This document shows, in pieces, positions 26,504-35,570 of a stretch of DNA of 51,168 nt; the stretch's first letter is position 1, and each line of letters starts with the position of its first letter. Source of the DNA: a virus (lineage: Duplodnaviria; Caudoviricetes). Below the pieces are notes generated by a model that was given only the letters and a program-made list of their open reading frames with translations, made no database searches and was not told where the DNA came from. The stretch covers positions 1-51,168 of IMG/VR virus record IMGVR_UViG_3300023099_000120; one strand, given 5' to 3'. The translations under genes were made by a program, and so were the position numbers.

Positions 26504-28015
26504 ATGTCAACCATTACCGATGATGAATTATTAGAATTAGAATTCCTTGTGACTCAAAAAGAGTTGCAAGGAAGCCTTTTCGAATTCACAAAGGTGTTTT
26601 GGAATACCATTATTACAGATCAGTACGTTCATAACTGGCACATTGAATATATGTGCGATGAAATGCAGCTAGTTGCAGATAAATACGTTTTAGATCGTAA
26701 ACCTCATATACCAAATGATAAATGGTATCTTGGCATAACAGAAAACATACAAAAGAATTTACTATTTAATGTTCCGCCCGGGACTTCAAAAAGTACAATT
26801 GCATCAAGAATTCTTCCAGCTTGGATTTGGGCCGTTAACAGTTCCAAAACTGTAATGACCAATACCGTTTCAGCAAGTAACGCAAATGAATTCTCATCAA
26901 AATCAAAGGATATCATTCAAAGTGAACTCTTTCAATACTACTTTCCAACCGTCCAAATTAGGCGAGATGTATCTGCTAAGACCTTTTATCAAACTGCAGA
27001 AGGAGGAGTTAGATTTTCGTTTTCAACGTTTGGATCAGTAACCGGAAAGCACGCAAGTATCTTAATTGATGATGATAGAATGGACGTTGCGATCGCTGAT
27101 AGTCCAGCCGATCGTAAAAGAGCGATAAGTCAATTTAAAGCCTTTCAGACAAGGAAAAAAGATAAGGCTAAAACTCCTTACATTTTGGTAGAACAGAGGC
27201 TATCCAGTAAAGATACAACAGCTCATTGTCTTAGTGTATTCAAAGATGAGTGCCGACATATTTGTTTGCCGGCTGAAAATGTATATAGAAATATCGAGCC
27301 TAAGGAAATTGAGAATTTTTATATTGATGGTTTACTAGATCCTGTTCGTCTAAGTCCAGCAATTCTTAAATCTACAAAGATGGGTTTAACTGATGAATCC
27401 AAACCGATATCTGAAATTGCTTTTAATATCCAATTTAATCAGGCTAATGAAACAGCTGAAGGTTTGCTATATGGAAAGCTGAATTTTGTTCCAGCATTAC
27501 CAGAAAACCGAGAAGGTATAATCAGATACTCATTTACCGATGTTGCTGATACCGGAGCAGATTACTTTGCGACTCCTTTCATTGAGATCAATAAGAATAA
27601 AATCTATGTATTTGATGCGATCTATACTCAGGAACCGAGCAGGGTAACCTCGCATAAAATAAAACAAAAGATCGAAACTCATAATTCTATTGTCAACAAA
27701 ATAGAGGTTAACAACCAGGGAAGTGTTTTTGTGACCTTAATGCAAAGTATGGGCGTAAATGTTTCCGGATATTATAGTGAGGGGAATAAGGAGCAAAGAA
27801 TAAGTGCGTGGGCTCAATTTATTTCATTTATATACTTTGTCGAACCAAACGAAAACAGCAGCCAGGAATACAGGCAATTTATCAAACACCTTCAAGCATA
27901 TCCGTTGACTGGGAAGCATGATGATGGCCATGATGATGCTGAAGATGCTCTTACAGAAATGATGAGGTACATCTGGGCTAATATGCGTCACTTATTTATG
28001 CCTCAAACCAATTAA
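26504..28015 (+). CDS. terL: Terminase large subunit
   Basis: NVPPGTSKS Walker A, LIDDD Walker B, DVAD.G.DY nuclease motif, HDDAEDA. Confidence 0.93.
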   Translation: MSTITDDELLELEFLVTQKELQGSLFEFTKVFWNTIITDQYVHNWHIEYMCDEMQLVADKYVLDRKPHIPNDKWYLGITENIQKNLLFNVPPGTSKSTIASRILPAWIWAVNSSKTVMTNTVSASNANEFSSKSKDIIQSELFQYYFPTVQIRRDVSAKTFYQTAEGGVRFSFSTFGSVTGKHASILIDDDRMDVAIADSPADRKRAISQFKAFQTRKKDKAKTPYILVEQRLSSKDTTAHCLSVFKDECRHICLPAENVYRNIEPKEIENFYIDGLLDPVRLSPAILKSTKMGLTDESKPISEIAFNIQFNQANETAEGLLYGKLNFVPALPENREGIIRYSFTDVADTGADYFATPFIEINKNKIYVFDAIYTQEPSRVTSHKIKQKIETHNSIVNKIEVNNQGSVFVTLMQSMGVNVSGYYSEGNKEQRISAWAQFISFIYFVEPNENSSQEYRQFIKHLQAYPLTGKHDDGHDDAEDALTEMMRYIWANMRHLFMPQTN

Positions 28016-28033
28016 TTAAATAAAACAAAATAT

Positions 28034-28076
28034 TTATTTAGAATAATTCTAAATAACAAAATTCTTTTTACATTTG
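28034..28076 (+). promoter_or_regulatory. Head/tail operon promoter with Fur-box-like palindrome
   Basis: TTATTTAGAATAATTCTAAATAA (28034-28056) and TACATTTG (28069-28076). Confidence 0.75.
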
Positions 28077-28098
28077 TTTCATCATTATTTGTTAACTC

Positions 28099-28362
28099 AT
28101 GACTAATCAAAATCTTGTTTCAAAAGCATTTACTGAGATCAAATGCCCTTGTTGTGGAAGACACTTAGACAAGGTTAAAGTGATTGGCGAAATTGCTATC
28201 TCAAGAAAGTGTAAATCATGCAAAAACAACATTGTTACGGAATTATTAGATAGTAAAATCACAAGTAACAAGATCGATGCTATTGAGAACTCTAAGGACA
28301 TTATAAGTCCCAATAGATTTTTAACTAACCGTAATCCATTCAAGGATAATCAAAGATCATAG
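28099..28362 (+). CDS. Mu Com-like zinc-ribbon protein
   Basis: EIKCPCCGRHL...I..KCKSCK..I. Confidence 0.6.
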   Translation: MTNQNLVSKAFTEIKCPCCGRHLDKVKVIGEIAISRKCKSCKNNIVTELLDSKITSNKIDAIENSKDIISPNRFLTNRNPFKDNQRS

Positions 28363-29552
28363 GCTTCTGGGAATCTTTAAGAACATTTAGATTTGGTATA
28401 GAAACCAAAAACGATTCGATTAATGGCCAGCCGGTGAGGATGGAAATTGATGTTTTCGGCATTGGTACTAATGATAAGAAAACATACTATCCTGATTCTA
28501 CAAAGTTCGTTAAGCTCCAAAAAGAGAATTACGTCTTAAATAATGTCTTCAATAAAATTGCCAGCAAATTATCAAGCGCACAATTTACTAGTGAATCCGG
28601 TAAAAGTGAACTTCTTGATAAAATCAATAATCCAAATGATTCACAGTCACGAGAAGAGTTCTTAAAAGAGTTTGCAATTTTTTTACTGTCATCAGGATGG
28701 ACCGCCATGTGGAAGAGATATAAATCATTTGGCAATTTCAAAACACTAGAACTTATCAATTTGAACCCGGATAACACGGAGGTCAACGAAACGACTTTAA
28801 CAACTGAAATAGATGGTAAGTCCGAAACAATCTTACTTACTGATGTGATTTTGTTCTATGATAGTGTAAGGAACAACAAAAACAAAAAAGGTTATTCCAG
28901 GATCACACCCTTAAGAACTCAGATCAACAATATTAAAGATGCACAGCTTGCAAAAGGAATTCAAATTGAGAATTCCGGAACAACAATAGTTTCGCCAAAA
29001 CAAACTGCTGCAGGTAGCAATATTGATGAAGGTCTTAATGCTCCAGTGCCACAATTGGGTGGAGGTCTTAGAACCCAAAAAGAAGAGATGGAAGATCGAT
29101 TTAGCAGTCGCGGTCTAGTGAATAGGATCATAGTTTCGTCTAAAGGATTGGATGCTAAAAACCTCTCTGCCGAGCTGAACACAGTTAAGTTTCATGAAAT
29201 CGTTGAAACTGATATCCTGGCTGTTTATGATGCTTATAATTTTCCGGTCGAGTTGAGTCCATATGGTAAGAATGCAACATTTGAAAATAAGGAAGTTGCT
29301 GAGGTTGGTCTTATTGAAAACGAAGTTTCTCCTCTGGCTGAGAACCTAATCAATTCATTAAATGCCGATTTCGAGAAAAAAGAACCGCTGGATGTTGATT
29401 TTAATCACTTGAACTCAATGTCAGTTATTCAGGAAAGGATCCAAACTACAAATGGTAAAACGATAGATCAGTATGGAATTTTATTTGACAAAAAAATCAT
29501 TACTGAAGCTGAGTACAAGGAGATAATGAAAACTAAAAAAATATTGACATGA
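28359..29552 (+). CDS. Portal protein (likely ATA start at 28359; alternatives GTG 28434, ATG 28440)
   Basis: Position after terL; IASKLS...NPN..QS..EF......L..G pattern of HK97-type portals. Confidence 0.85.
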   Translation: MGFWESLRTFRFGIETKNDSINGQPVRMEIDVFGIGTNDKKTYYPDSTKFVKLQKENYVLNNVFNKIASKLSSAQFTSESGKSELLDKINNPNDSQSREEFLKEFAIFLLSSGWTAMWKRYKSFGNFKTLELINLNPDNTEVNETTLTTEIDGKSETILLTDVILFYDSVRNNKNKKGYSRITPLRTQINNIKDAQLAKGIQIENSGTTIVSPKQTAAGSNIDEGLNAPVPQLGGGLRTQKEEMEDRFSSRGLVNRIIVSSKGLDAKNLSAELNTVKFHEIVETDILAVYDAYNFPVELSPYGKNATFENKEVAEVGLIENEVSPLAENLINSLNADFEKKEPLDVDFNHLNSMSVIQERIQTTNGKTIDQYGILFDKKIITEAEYKEIMKTKKILT

Positions 29553-29689
29553 AACATTTAGATAAAAAGTTGCCAAGCGACATTGAAAAGTTAAAAGCAA
29601 TTGCAGCAGAGACTGAGAATCCTCAAATGAAGCGTGCAATTGAAACCAGATTAAAAATAGTCGAGCGAGACCAAACTGTGAACAAATGA
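29549..29689 (+). CDS. Small hypothetical protein (46 aa; not in ORF track)
   Basis: ATGA overlaps at both ends. Confidence 0.75.
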   Translation: MKHLDKKLPSDIEKLKAIAAETENPQMKRAIETRLKIVERDQTVNK

Positions 29690-30585
29690 TTTACTGTAAA
29701 GAATTAGACCAGGATTTTGATAGTGTTAATCAAATGCATAAAGCAATTATCGATAACATTTCTAAAATAATTGATGCTAAAAAATCAATTTTAAAAATGT
29801 CTGATGGCTATGGAACTGTTGTTAAGGTTGAGGGAATTACAAAAGAAGTTTTGAAATCTCTTAAAAATATCACGGTTAAAGCTTTCAATCAAAGTGATAA
29901 GGCGGTCGATTATACTAAGGAAGCAGATTTGCCAAATATTATTGTGACCGTAGTTTCAAATACGACTAATTATTTTGATTCTCATTACGATGTGCATCTT
30001 GATAACATTTGGAACAAAACTATTTCAGACAATAAGAATGGTTTTGATCACCTTCAGGAGCATAAAAACGGCTTTGCTAATGTCATTTCTGAAAATTGTA
30101 AAACCAAAATTCTTAGAACAACTTTCAAGGAATTAGGCTACGATTTCGAAGGTAAGACTCAAGCTTTGCAGCACACTTCAATCATTGATCCGATCAGAAA
30201 TTTGTTCATGTATAACCAGTACGCTAATGGTTGGGTTAATAATCATTCAGTTGGGATGAGGTACAAAGGAGATATAATCTACTGTGCAAATTCAGAAGTG
30301 GATTACATGAAAGAATACAAAGATAATTGGGATAAATACTATCCATTAATCGCTAACAAGGATGATGTCGATGAAGTTGGCCGTTTTTGGGCGGTACCAG
30401 AAGCTAAATTAATGGAGTTTTCAGCTGTTCCGAGAGGTAGCAACCCGATTACTCCAACATTAAACATAGAAACACAAGCCGAAAAATCACTTGTTGGTAA
30501 TAAAGATCCTCAAGCCGATAAGTCACTTGAAACGCCGGAGTCGCTGGAAAGCACTCAAACTGACAAAAAGAGAAGATTTATTTAA
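29686..30585 (+). CDS. Prohead maturation protease (HK97-type)
   Basis: HLQEH, HSVGM, L.E.SAVP.GSN..TP; lies between portal and capsid. Confidence 0.8.
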   Translation: MIYCKELDQDFDSVNQMHKAIIDNISKIIDAKKSILKMSDGYGTVVKVEGITKEVLKSLKNITVKAFNQSDKAVDYTKEADLPNIIVTVVSNTTNYFDSHYDVHLDNIWNKTISDNKNGFDHLQEHKNGFANVISENCKTKILRTTFKELGYDFEGKTQALQHTSIIDPIRNLFMYNQYANGWVNNHSVGMRYKGDIIYCANSEVDYMKEYKDNWDKYYPLIANKDDVDEVGRFWAVPEAKLMEFSAVPRGSNPITPTLNIETQAEKSLVGNKDPQADKSLETPESLESTQTDKKRRFI

Positions 30586-30602
30586 TTTAAAAAACAAAAA
30601 TC

Positions 30603-31922
30603 ATGTTTGTAAAAAAGACACAAGCGCAAATTAATGCTATGACTGATGCAGAAGCTGACACATATGCAACCGAAAAGGCAGCACACGAGACTCAAGAAAA
30701 CAAAGCAGCCATCGATTCAGCTGTAAAGGCGGGAGTTGAAGCCCTTAAGACAGATTTAGATAAAACTATTGCTGAAAAGCAAAAGGAAGTTGACACTTTG
30801 AAAGAAACGGTCGAAACTCAAGGAGTTAAAATTGTTGAATTATCAAAATCAACATCTGAGGGTAAAATGGATTCATTGGAAAATCTTTTCAAAGAGAAAT
30901 ACGATGAAGCTGTATCCGGAGAATCGCACACAGTAAAAGAGGGCTTCTCAATGGATACCTCAAAGGCAATCGCATCTACTGATGTTATGTCAGTAAATAC
31001 GATTAATAGTACTGATTTCCCGGCGGCGGGTTCTACCGGAGTTGTTGGAGCGGGAGTTCAAACTTTGATGGGTAGATTGTTAGGTTATTTTGGTTACAGA
31101 AGTCCAGCATCTAAAATTCTTGATTTGGTTGATGTTCAACCTATGGATTCAGCTGTATTGATTGTGATCAATGAAACCGTAACCGGTACTGCAGAGATTA
31201 CCACTGAGTGTAAATTGAAGCCAATCGTTAAAGAAACTTTTGCCACACAAGAGAAATCAGCAGAGCCGGTTGCTGTTATGTGGTTCACAACTACAAAATT
31301 GAGAAGATTCTTTCCTGCATTGGTTAATCGTATGGTTCAGAAGTTCTCTGAATTGGTTAACGACAAATTGCCAAACGTTGTTTTAGACGCTGTAAAAGCT
31401 GGAGCATCTGCGTTTACGCCGGTTGCTGCATTAGCTATCAATAGCAATCCAAACAATTACGATGCAATGGGAGCTGTAATTGCAACAGTTGAAAACTTAG
31501 GTTTCAATGTTAGTGCATTTATGATGAATCCGATTGCGTGGAGAAACATGAAGCAAGAAAAGACCGCTGACGGTGTTTATACACTTCAAAACGGTCAATC
31601 TGTTAATATTCTTCAGAATGGTTTAGACTGGGGTGGTGTTTATATTCCGATCATCAAAGATTCTACTTTAGGAGTTGATGAGTTCGTAACCGGTGATATT
31701 TTCTCAACTGTAAAAGTTGGGGTAGATAGTGTGCTTATGTACATGGAGACAGATGGACGTACTGATGCTGTTGCAACAAATGCAGCTACTGGTCTTTCAA
31801 GAAACATCAGAACTCACGTGCTAGAGAAATTCTTCGCGGTGATCATTCCGGATGCAACTAAGATCGGATTGGTTAAAGATACTTTCACTAACGTGAAAAC
31901 TTTAATTACAAAGGCACCCTAA
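30603..31922 (+). CDS. Major capsid protein (HK97 fold)
   Basis: Coiled-coil delta domain, E...KP, MNP..W.....K..DG.Y. Confidence 0.88.
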   Translation: MFVKKTQAQINAMTDAEADTYATEKAAHETQENKAAIDSAVKAGVEALKTDLDKTIAEKQKEVDTLKETVETQGVKIVELSKSTSEGKMDSLENLFKEKYDEAVSGESHTVKEGFSMDTSKAIASTDVMSVNTINSTDFPAAGSTGVVGAGVQTLMGRLLGYFGYRSPASKILDLVDVQPMDSAVLIVINETVTGTAEITTECKLKPIVKETFATQEKSAEPVAVMWFTTTKLRRFFPALVNRMVQKFSELVNDKLPNVVLDAVKAGASAFTPVAALAINSNPNNYDAMGAVIATVENLGFNVSAFMMNPIAWRNMKQEKTADGVYTLQNGQSVNILQNGLDWGGVYIPIIKDSTLGVDEFVTGDIFSTVKVGVDSVLMYMETDGRTDAVATNAATGLSRNIRTHVLEKFFAVIIPDATKIGLVKDTFTNVKTLITKAP

Positions 31923-31928
31923 TAATAT

Positions 31929-31953
31929 CCAACCCCTGACCGGGTTGGTTTTT
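31929..31953 (+). terminator. Terminator after the capsid gene
   Basis: CCAACCC/GGGTTGG followed by TTTTT. Confidence 0.75.
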
Positions 31954-31978
31954 AAATAATCTAATAAAGACACAAATT

Positions 31979-32326
31979 ATGTTTACAGAAAAAACACCAG
32001 AAGAAATTGCTGCATTAAATCCAGAAGAGTTGAAAACTTATAATGCAGAAAAGAAAGCGCATGATCTCAAAGTCGCAAAAGATGCAAAAGATGCAAAAAA
32101 GAACGATAAAAGTGCTGGAGCAACGCAGGAGTATTACGATAAAAAAGGAGCTGAAACTTTAGAAAACTACTCAAAAGGCGGGAAAGCTGCAACTGTAGAT
32201 TTAGTTAATAAAACATTAGTTGAATTTACTGAGGATTTTGGCTATTTCAAAAAAGGTGATTCTCAGGAAGTTTCAGATGTAGCTTTTGCTATCTATAGCG
32301 GAAAAGGAGTTATCAAAAAACTGTAA
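31979..32326 (+). CDS. Head-associated hypothetical protein
   Basis: Position; N-terminus MFTEKTPEEIAAL resembles the capsid N-terminus MFVKKTQAQINAM. Confidence 0.65.
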   Translation: MFTEKTPEEIAALNPEELKTYNAEKKAHDLKVAKDAKDAKKNDKSAGATQEYYDKKGAETLENYSKGGKAATVDLVNKTLVEFTEDFGYFKKGDSQEVSDVAFAIYSGKGVIKKL

Positions 32327-32329
32327 TCT

Positions 32330-32947
32330 ATGTTTACCAGGATATCAAATTTCACTTACGGAGCATATCGCATTGCTAATATTGATACTGTTGGCGCCAA
32401 TAATAATATTGATCTAATTCTCCATATTCAAAAATATGAAAATGAATGTTTGAGATTGGTATTAGGCGAATGCTTGTATGAGGATTTGATGTCCAATGTA
32501 GAAAAAGATGCTGATGGCTATTACAAGTTAAAAGATTCTGTTGATGCAAAGTATGGTTGGCTCTTATTCGGTCATAAATATGAATACGATTGTTCTTGTG
32601 ATTCACAATGCAAAAACAAAATCTGGCAGGGATTGGTGAGAGAGGTTGCTGAAATCGAAAACACAAAGATTTTCGAAACAGTTATGTCCTCTTACATCTA
32701 TTTTAACTGGTCCTTAAACTATCGAACTCTTAATGTAGGAGTAGGAGAAGCAAAAGGTACTGCATCGAATACGGTAGTTGAAAATACAAGAAACAAACGG
32801 GTAGATGCCTGGAATAAAATGGTTCAGGATGTATCATTTGGATTTACAAATGCAAATGTTTCACTATACCAATTCTTAGATCATTTCAAAGATGATTTTC
32901 CCTCGGCCGAAAGAGTTTGTTTTAAAACAATGACCTATTATGACTAA
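32330..32947 (+). CDS. Putative head-tail adaptor
   Basis: Position; LVLGECLYEDL motif. Confidence 0.55.
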   Translation: MFTRISNFTYGAYRIANIDTVGANNNIDLILHIQKYENECLRLVLGECLYEDLMSNVEKDADGYYKLKDSVDAKYGWLLFGHKYEYDCSCDSQCKNKIWQGLVREVAEIENTKIFETVMSSYIYFNWSLNYRTLNVGVGEAKGTASNTVVENTRNKRVDAWNKMVQDVSFGFTNANVSLYQFLDHFKDDFPSAERVCFKTMTYYD

Positions 32948-33467
32948 ATTATTTGATCTGGATAACGCTTTAAAGCCAACAGCTGAAAAAGTAATGCATA
33001 ACAGTAAACCTGTTGCTTATAGTTGGGGAAATGAAGATGCTTTGCACAAGTGGATTGAGGCGATGAACAAAAGACAGCTGGCGAAATCACTTGGTATTGA
33101 CAAATCTATAAAGTATCCCTTGATTTGGTTAGTTGAAGGTTGGAAAGCAAAAGAAAACATTCCTGGTATTAAGTTCGAAAAAGTTACTTTCTACATTTCT
33201 TGTAACTCAACTGTAGCAGCTTTGAATGAAGATCGAGTTCCAAACTTTGATTTATTATATAAAGTTGCAAATGAATTTATAAAGGAATTGAGATTCGTAA
33301 TTAAGATTTCAGAAGAGTCAATTACTTATGAAAAGAAATCAAACTTTAGCACGGTCAGTAGCCGCCAGGATAAAAAAAGCATAACATCGGACGTTTGGGA
33401 TACTTTAATTGTTCAAATGGATCTGATTGCAAACACTAATTGTTTAAAAAAATTATGTAGTCTATAA
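32940..33467 (+). CDS. Putative tail completion/terminator protein
   Basis: Precedes the major tail protein; KYPLIWL. Confidence 0.5.
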   Translation: MTKLFDLDNALKPTAEKVMHNSKPVAYSWGNEDALHKWIEAMNKRQLAKSLGIDKSIKYPLIWLVEGWKAKENIPGIKFEKVTFYISCNSTVAALNEDRVPNFDLLYKVANEFIKELRFVIKISEESITYEKKSNFSTVSSRQDKKSITSDVWDTLIVQMDLIANTNCLKKLCSL

Positions 33468-33483
33468 AGACAAGAACCTATAA

Positions 33484-34362
33484 ATGGTTTACCAAGAATG
33501 TAAAAACAAAAAGAAAGCCAAAAAGAACACTGGTGCGAAAGAGCAGTGTCTTGAAGGGCTTACAATCAAAACGGCAGTCCACGTGCCGGGATTCTCTTTT
33601 GAATCGATAGCAGATGCAAAGGACAAAGCTAAATGGGATGCTGCAGTTGCTGCTAAGAAAGTAATTCCATTGTATGAGGTTGAAGAATTAGCATCTGCCA
33701 ATACTGAGGACACTGTTTTTGAAGGCAGAAGAAATCAGTTCATTACCTCAGAAGGTAAAAAAATTAGTAGTTATAACAGTTTTTTAAGTTTGTGTTCACA
33801 CTCAGCACTTAAAAGTTACCATAAATCTGAATTAGGCTTGTTCGAATTCACAGAAGATGGAGCAATCAAAGGAGTGATCAATGATGACGGAACTATAAAA
33901 GGCCAATCAATTGTAATGAACGTTGGAAAACGTATTGATCCTTTAGCAGATAGACCAGCATCAACAGGAGTTACTTTAAACTACAAAGACTTTAACGAGT
34001 TTGAAGATGATGGCGCAATCTTTCGTCCTGAAGGTTGGGGCGCTGATGATCTGTATGGAATTTTTGATATAACTATCAATCAGGTTTCAGCAACATCTAC
34101 AGAAATCAAATTCACTGCAACTGATGGTTGTTCCGGAGGCGATGAAGAGATCACTTCTTTCTTAGCTGCTAATATTGTGGTTAAAGATCTTGATGGAGCT
34201 ACAGAAAGTGTAACGTTTGTTCCTGCTGATTCTGAAGGTGTTTACACTGTTACCGGAACCGGATTTGCAACAGGATTCACTATTGGCTTAAATGGAGTGG
34301 TTACCCAAACCGGGACTTCATATGAGACTCCAGAACCTACAAAAATTAAAGTTACACCATAA
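33484..34362 (+). CDS. Major tail tube protein
   Basis: Position, 292 aa, C-terminal Ig-like Thr/Gly-rich domain. Confidence 0.7.
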   Translation: MVYQECKNKKKAKKNTGAKEQCLEGLTIKTAVHVPGFSFESIADAKDKAKWDAAVAAKKVIPLYEVEELASANTEDTVFEGRRNQFITSEGKKISSYNSFLSLCSHSALKSYHKSELGLFEFTEDGAIKGVINDDGTIKGQSIVMNVGKRIDPLADRPASTGVTLNYKDFNEFEDDGAIFRPEGWGADDLYGIFDITINQVSATSTEIKFTATDGCSGGDEEITSFLAANIVVKDLDGATESVTFVPADSEGVYTVTGTGFATGFTIGLNGVVTQTGTSYETPEPTKIKVTP

Positions 34363-34589
34363 TGCGAGGTGAATACAAAGGGATAGTATTTGCAGAGGGC
34401 TATAACAAGCCCTTTGCAGATTTTAAAAAAGAGTTTGCTTCAACTCATGTTTTTAAAGATATCCCATCCGACGAAAGAGAAGCCGAACTAAAAAAAGCTC
34501 ACAAAATCGCAACCAATGGCAACATTTCAACAACAACTGGCAAGGGCAAAGAAGTTGAAACCGAAAAGCCTGGAGATAAACCTTTATAA
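34362..34589 (+). CDS. Hypothetical tail-region protein
   Basis: TAATG-coupled to the tail tube gene. Confidence 0.65.
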   Translation: MRGEYKGIVFAEGYNKPFADFKKEFASTHVFKDIPSDEREAELKKAHKIATNGNISTTTGKGKEVETEKPGDKPL

Positions 34590-34974
34590 ATTCATTAGAA
34601 GTATTGAAAAGGATTTTTTAGATCTCGAGAAGAAAAGGTTGTCTGTTGATCATAAAGACATTTTCGGAAATCCGATTGGTTTTTATTCAGAGAACACAGA
34701 AATCATTTCAGGAGGTAGAAAAAAAGCCGGAGATCCATTTACCGGATTAGATTCTGGAGATTGGTTCAAAGGATTCTATATGCAAGAAGTTAATGGTGTT
34801 TTGAGATTTAGTTCTAAAGACCCTAAAAACTCAATCATCCTGAGTGATGGACCTGACAATACTTGGCTTTCTGATGAATTATTCGGATTAACTGATAAAG
34901 AATTAAAGGAAGTGATCACATCTCGATTGCTTCCTTTTTTTATACAAAACGCGCGAAAAATACTTGAGCTATGA
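34516..34974 (+). CDS. Virion morphogenesis/neck protein
   Basis: G..I..YS..T...DSG.W...FGLT pattern. Confidence 0.55.
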   Translation: MATFQQQLARAKKLKPKSLEINLYKFIRSIEKDFLDLEKKRLSVDHKDIFGNPIGFYSENTEIISGGRKKAGDPFTGLDSGDWFKGFYMQEVNGVLRFSSKDPKNSIILSDGPDNTWLSDELFGLTDKELKEVITSRLLPFFIQNARKILEL

Positions 34975-35570
34975 TTTACGATTCACTTGACATAATTCCT
35001 TATAAAACATTTTTCAAGATCGCTGAATCTGGAAATTTCGCTTTGTTATCTGATACTGAAAAGGATCCGGAAGTACTGTCAAAAATATGGGATTCTCTAT
35101 ATGAACAACATATTGAAATTGCGGGGGCCAGTTCTCAGGAAAAGAAAACTTTTAGAATTTCTAAACAGATCAGCGCTTTGGAAACCCAATACAAAGTGAT
35201 TCTTATGGCTTGTGATGCATTAAAATTTGATTTTAGTCAAGAACTGTTCGAAATACTAACTGTTGACTACGGCTATACTTTAAGAACTACAGATGAAAAA
35301 GTTTACTACGAAGACATTGAACAAATTGAAAGAGAATCGAAAGCGCTTAAAGTAAAAATAAACACTCTTTCTAAGCTGCTTCCTAAAGTTGATCAAGGGC
35401 AAGAATATAACATCGATGATGTGATGGCCTCGTATTGTTCCATCCTAGAATTTCAAATTGGGGACTTCAATAAGATCACTTATACAGCTTTTCATAGTTA
35501 CGAAAAGCAGGTGCACAACAAGATAGAACACATCAGACAACAAAACATTAAAAGTAAAAAAAATGGCTAG
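34971..35570 (+). CDS. Putative tail assembly chaperone
   Basis: Helical acidic ORF immediately before the tape measure gene. Confidence 0.5.
   Translation: MIYDSLDIIPYKTFFKIAESGNFALLSDTEKDPEVLSKIWDSLYEQHIEIAGASSQEKKTFRISKQISALETQYKVILMACDALKFDFSQELFEILTVDYGYTLRTTDEKVYYEDIEQIERESKALKVKINTLSKLLPKVDQGQEYNIDDVMASYCSILEFQIGDFNKITYTAFHSYEKQVHNKIEHIRQQNIKSKKNG

Noticed and set aside
30475-30529. Direct repeat CAAGCCGAnAAnTCACTTG at the end of the protease gene
   Set aside because: In-frame peptide repeat (QAEKSL/QADKSL), two copies only
34485-34520. A7 run as a tail-chaperone -1 frameshift site
   Set aside because: The next ORF (34516) is in the +1 frame relative to 34362, so a -1 slip would not fuse them
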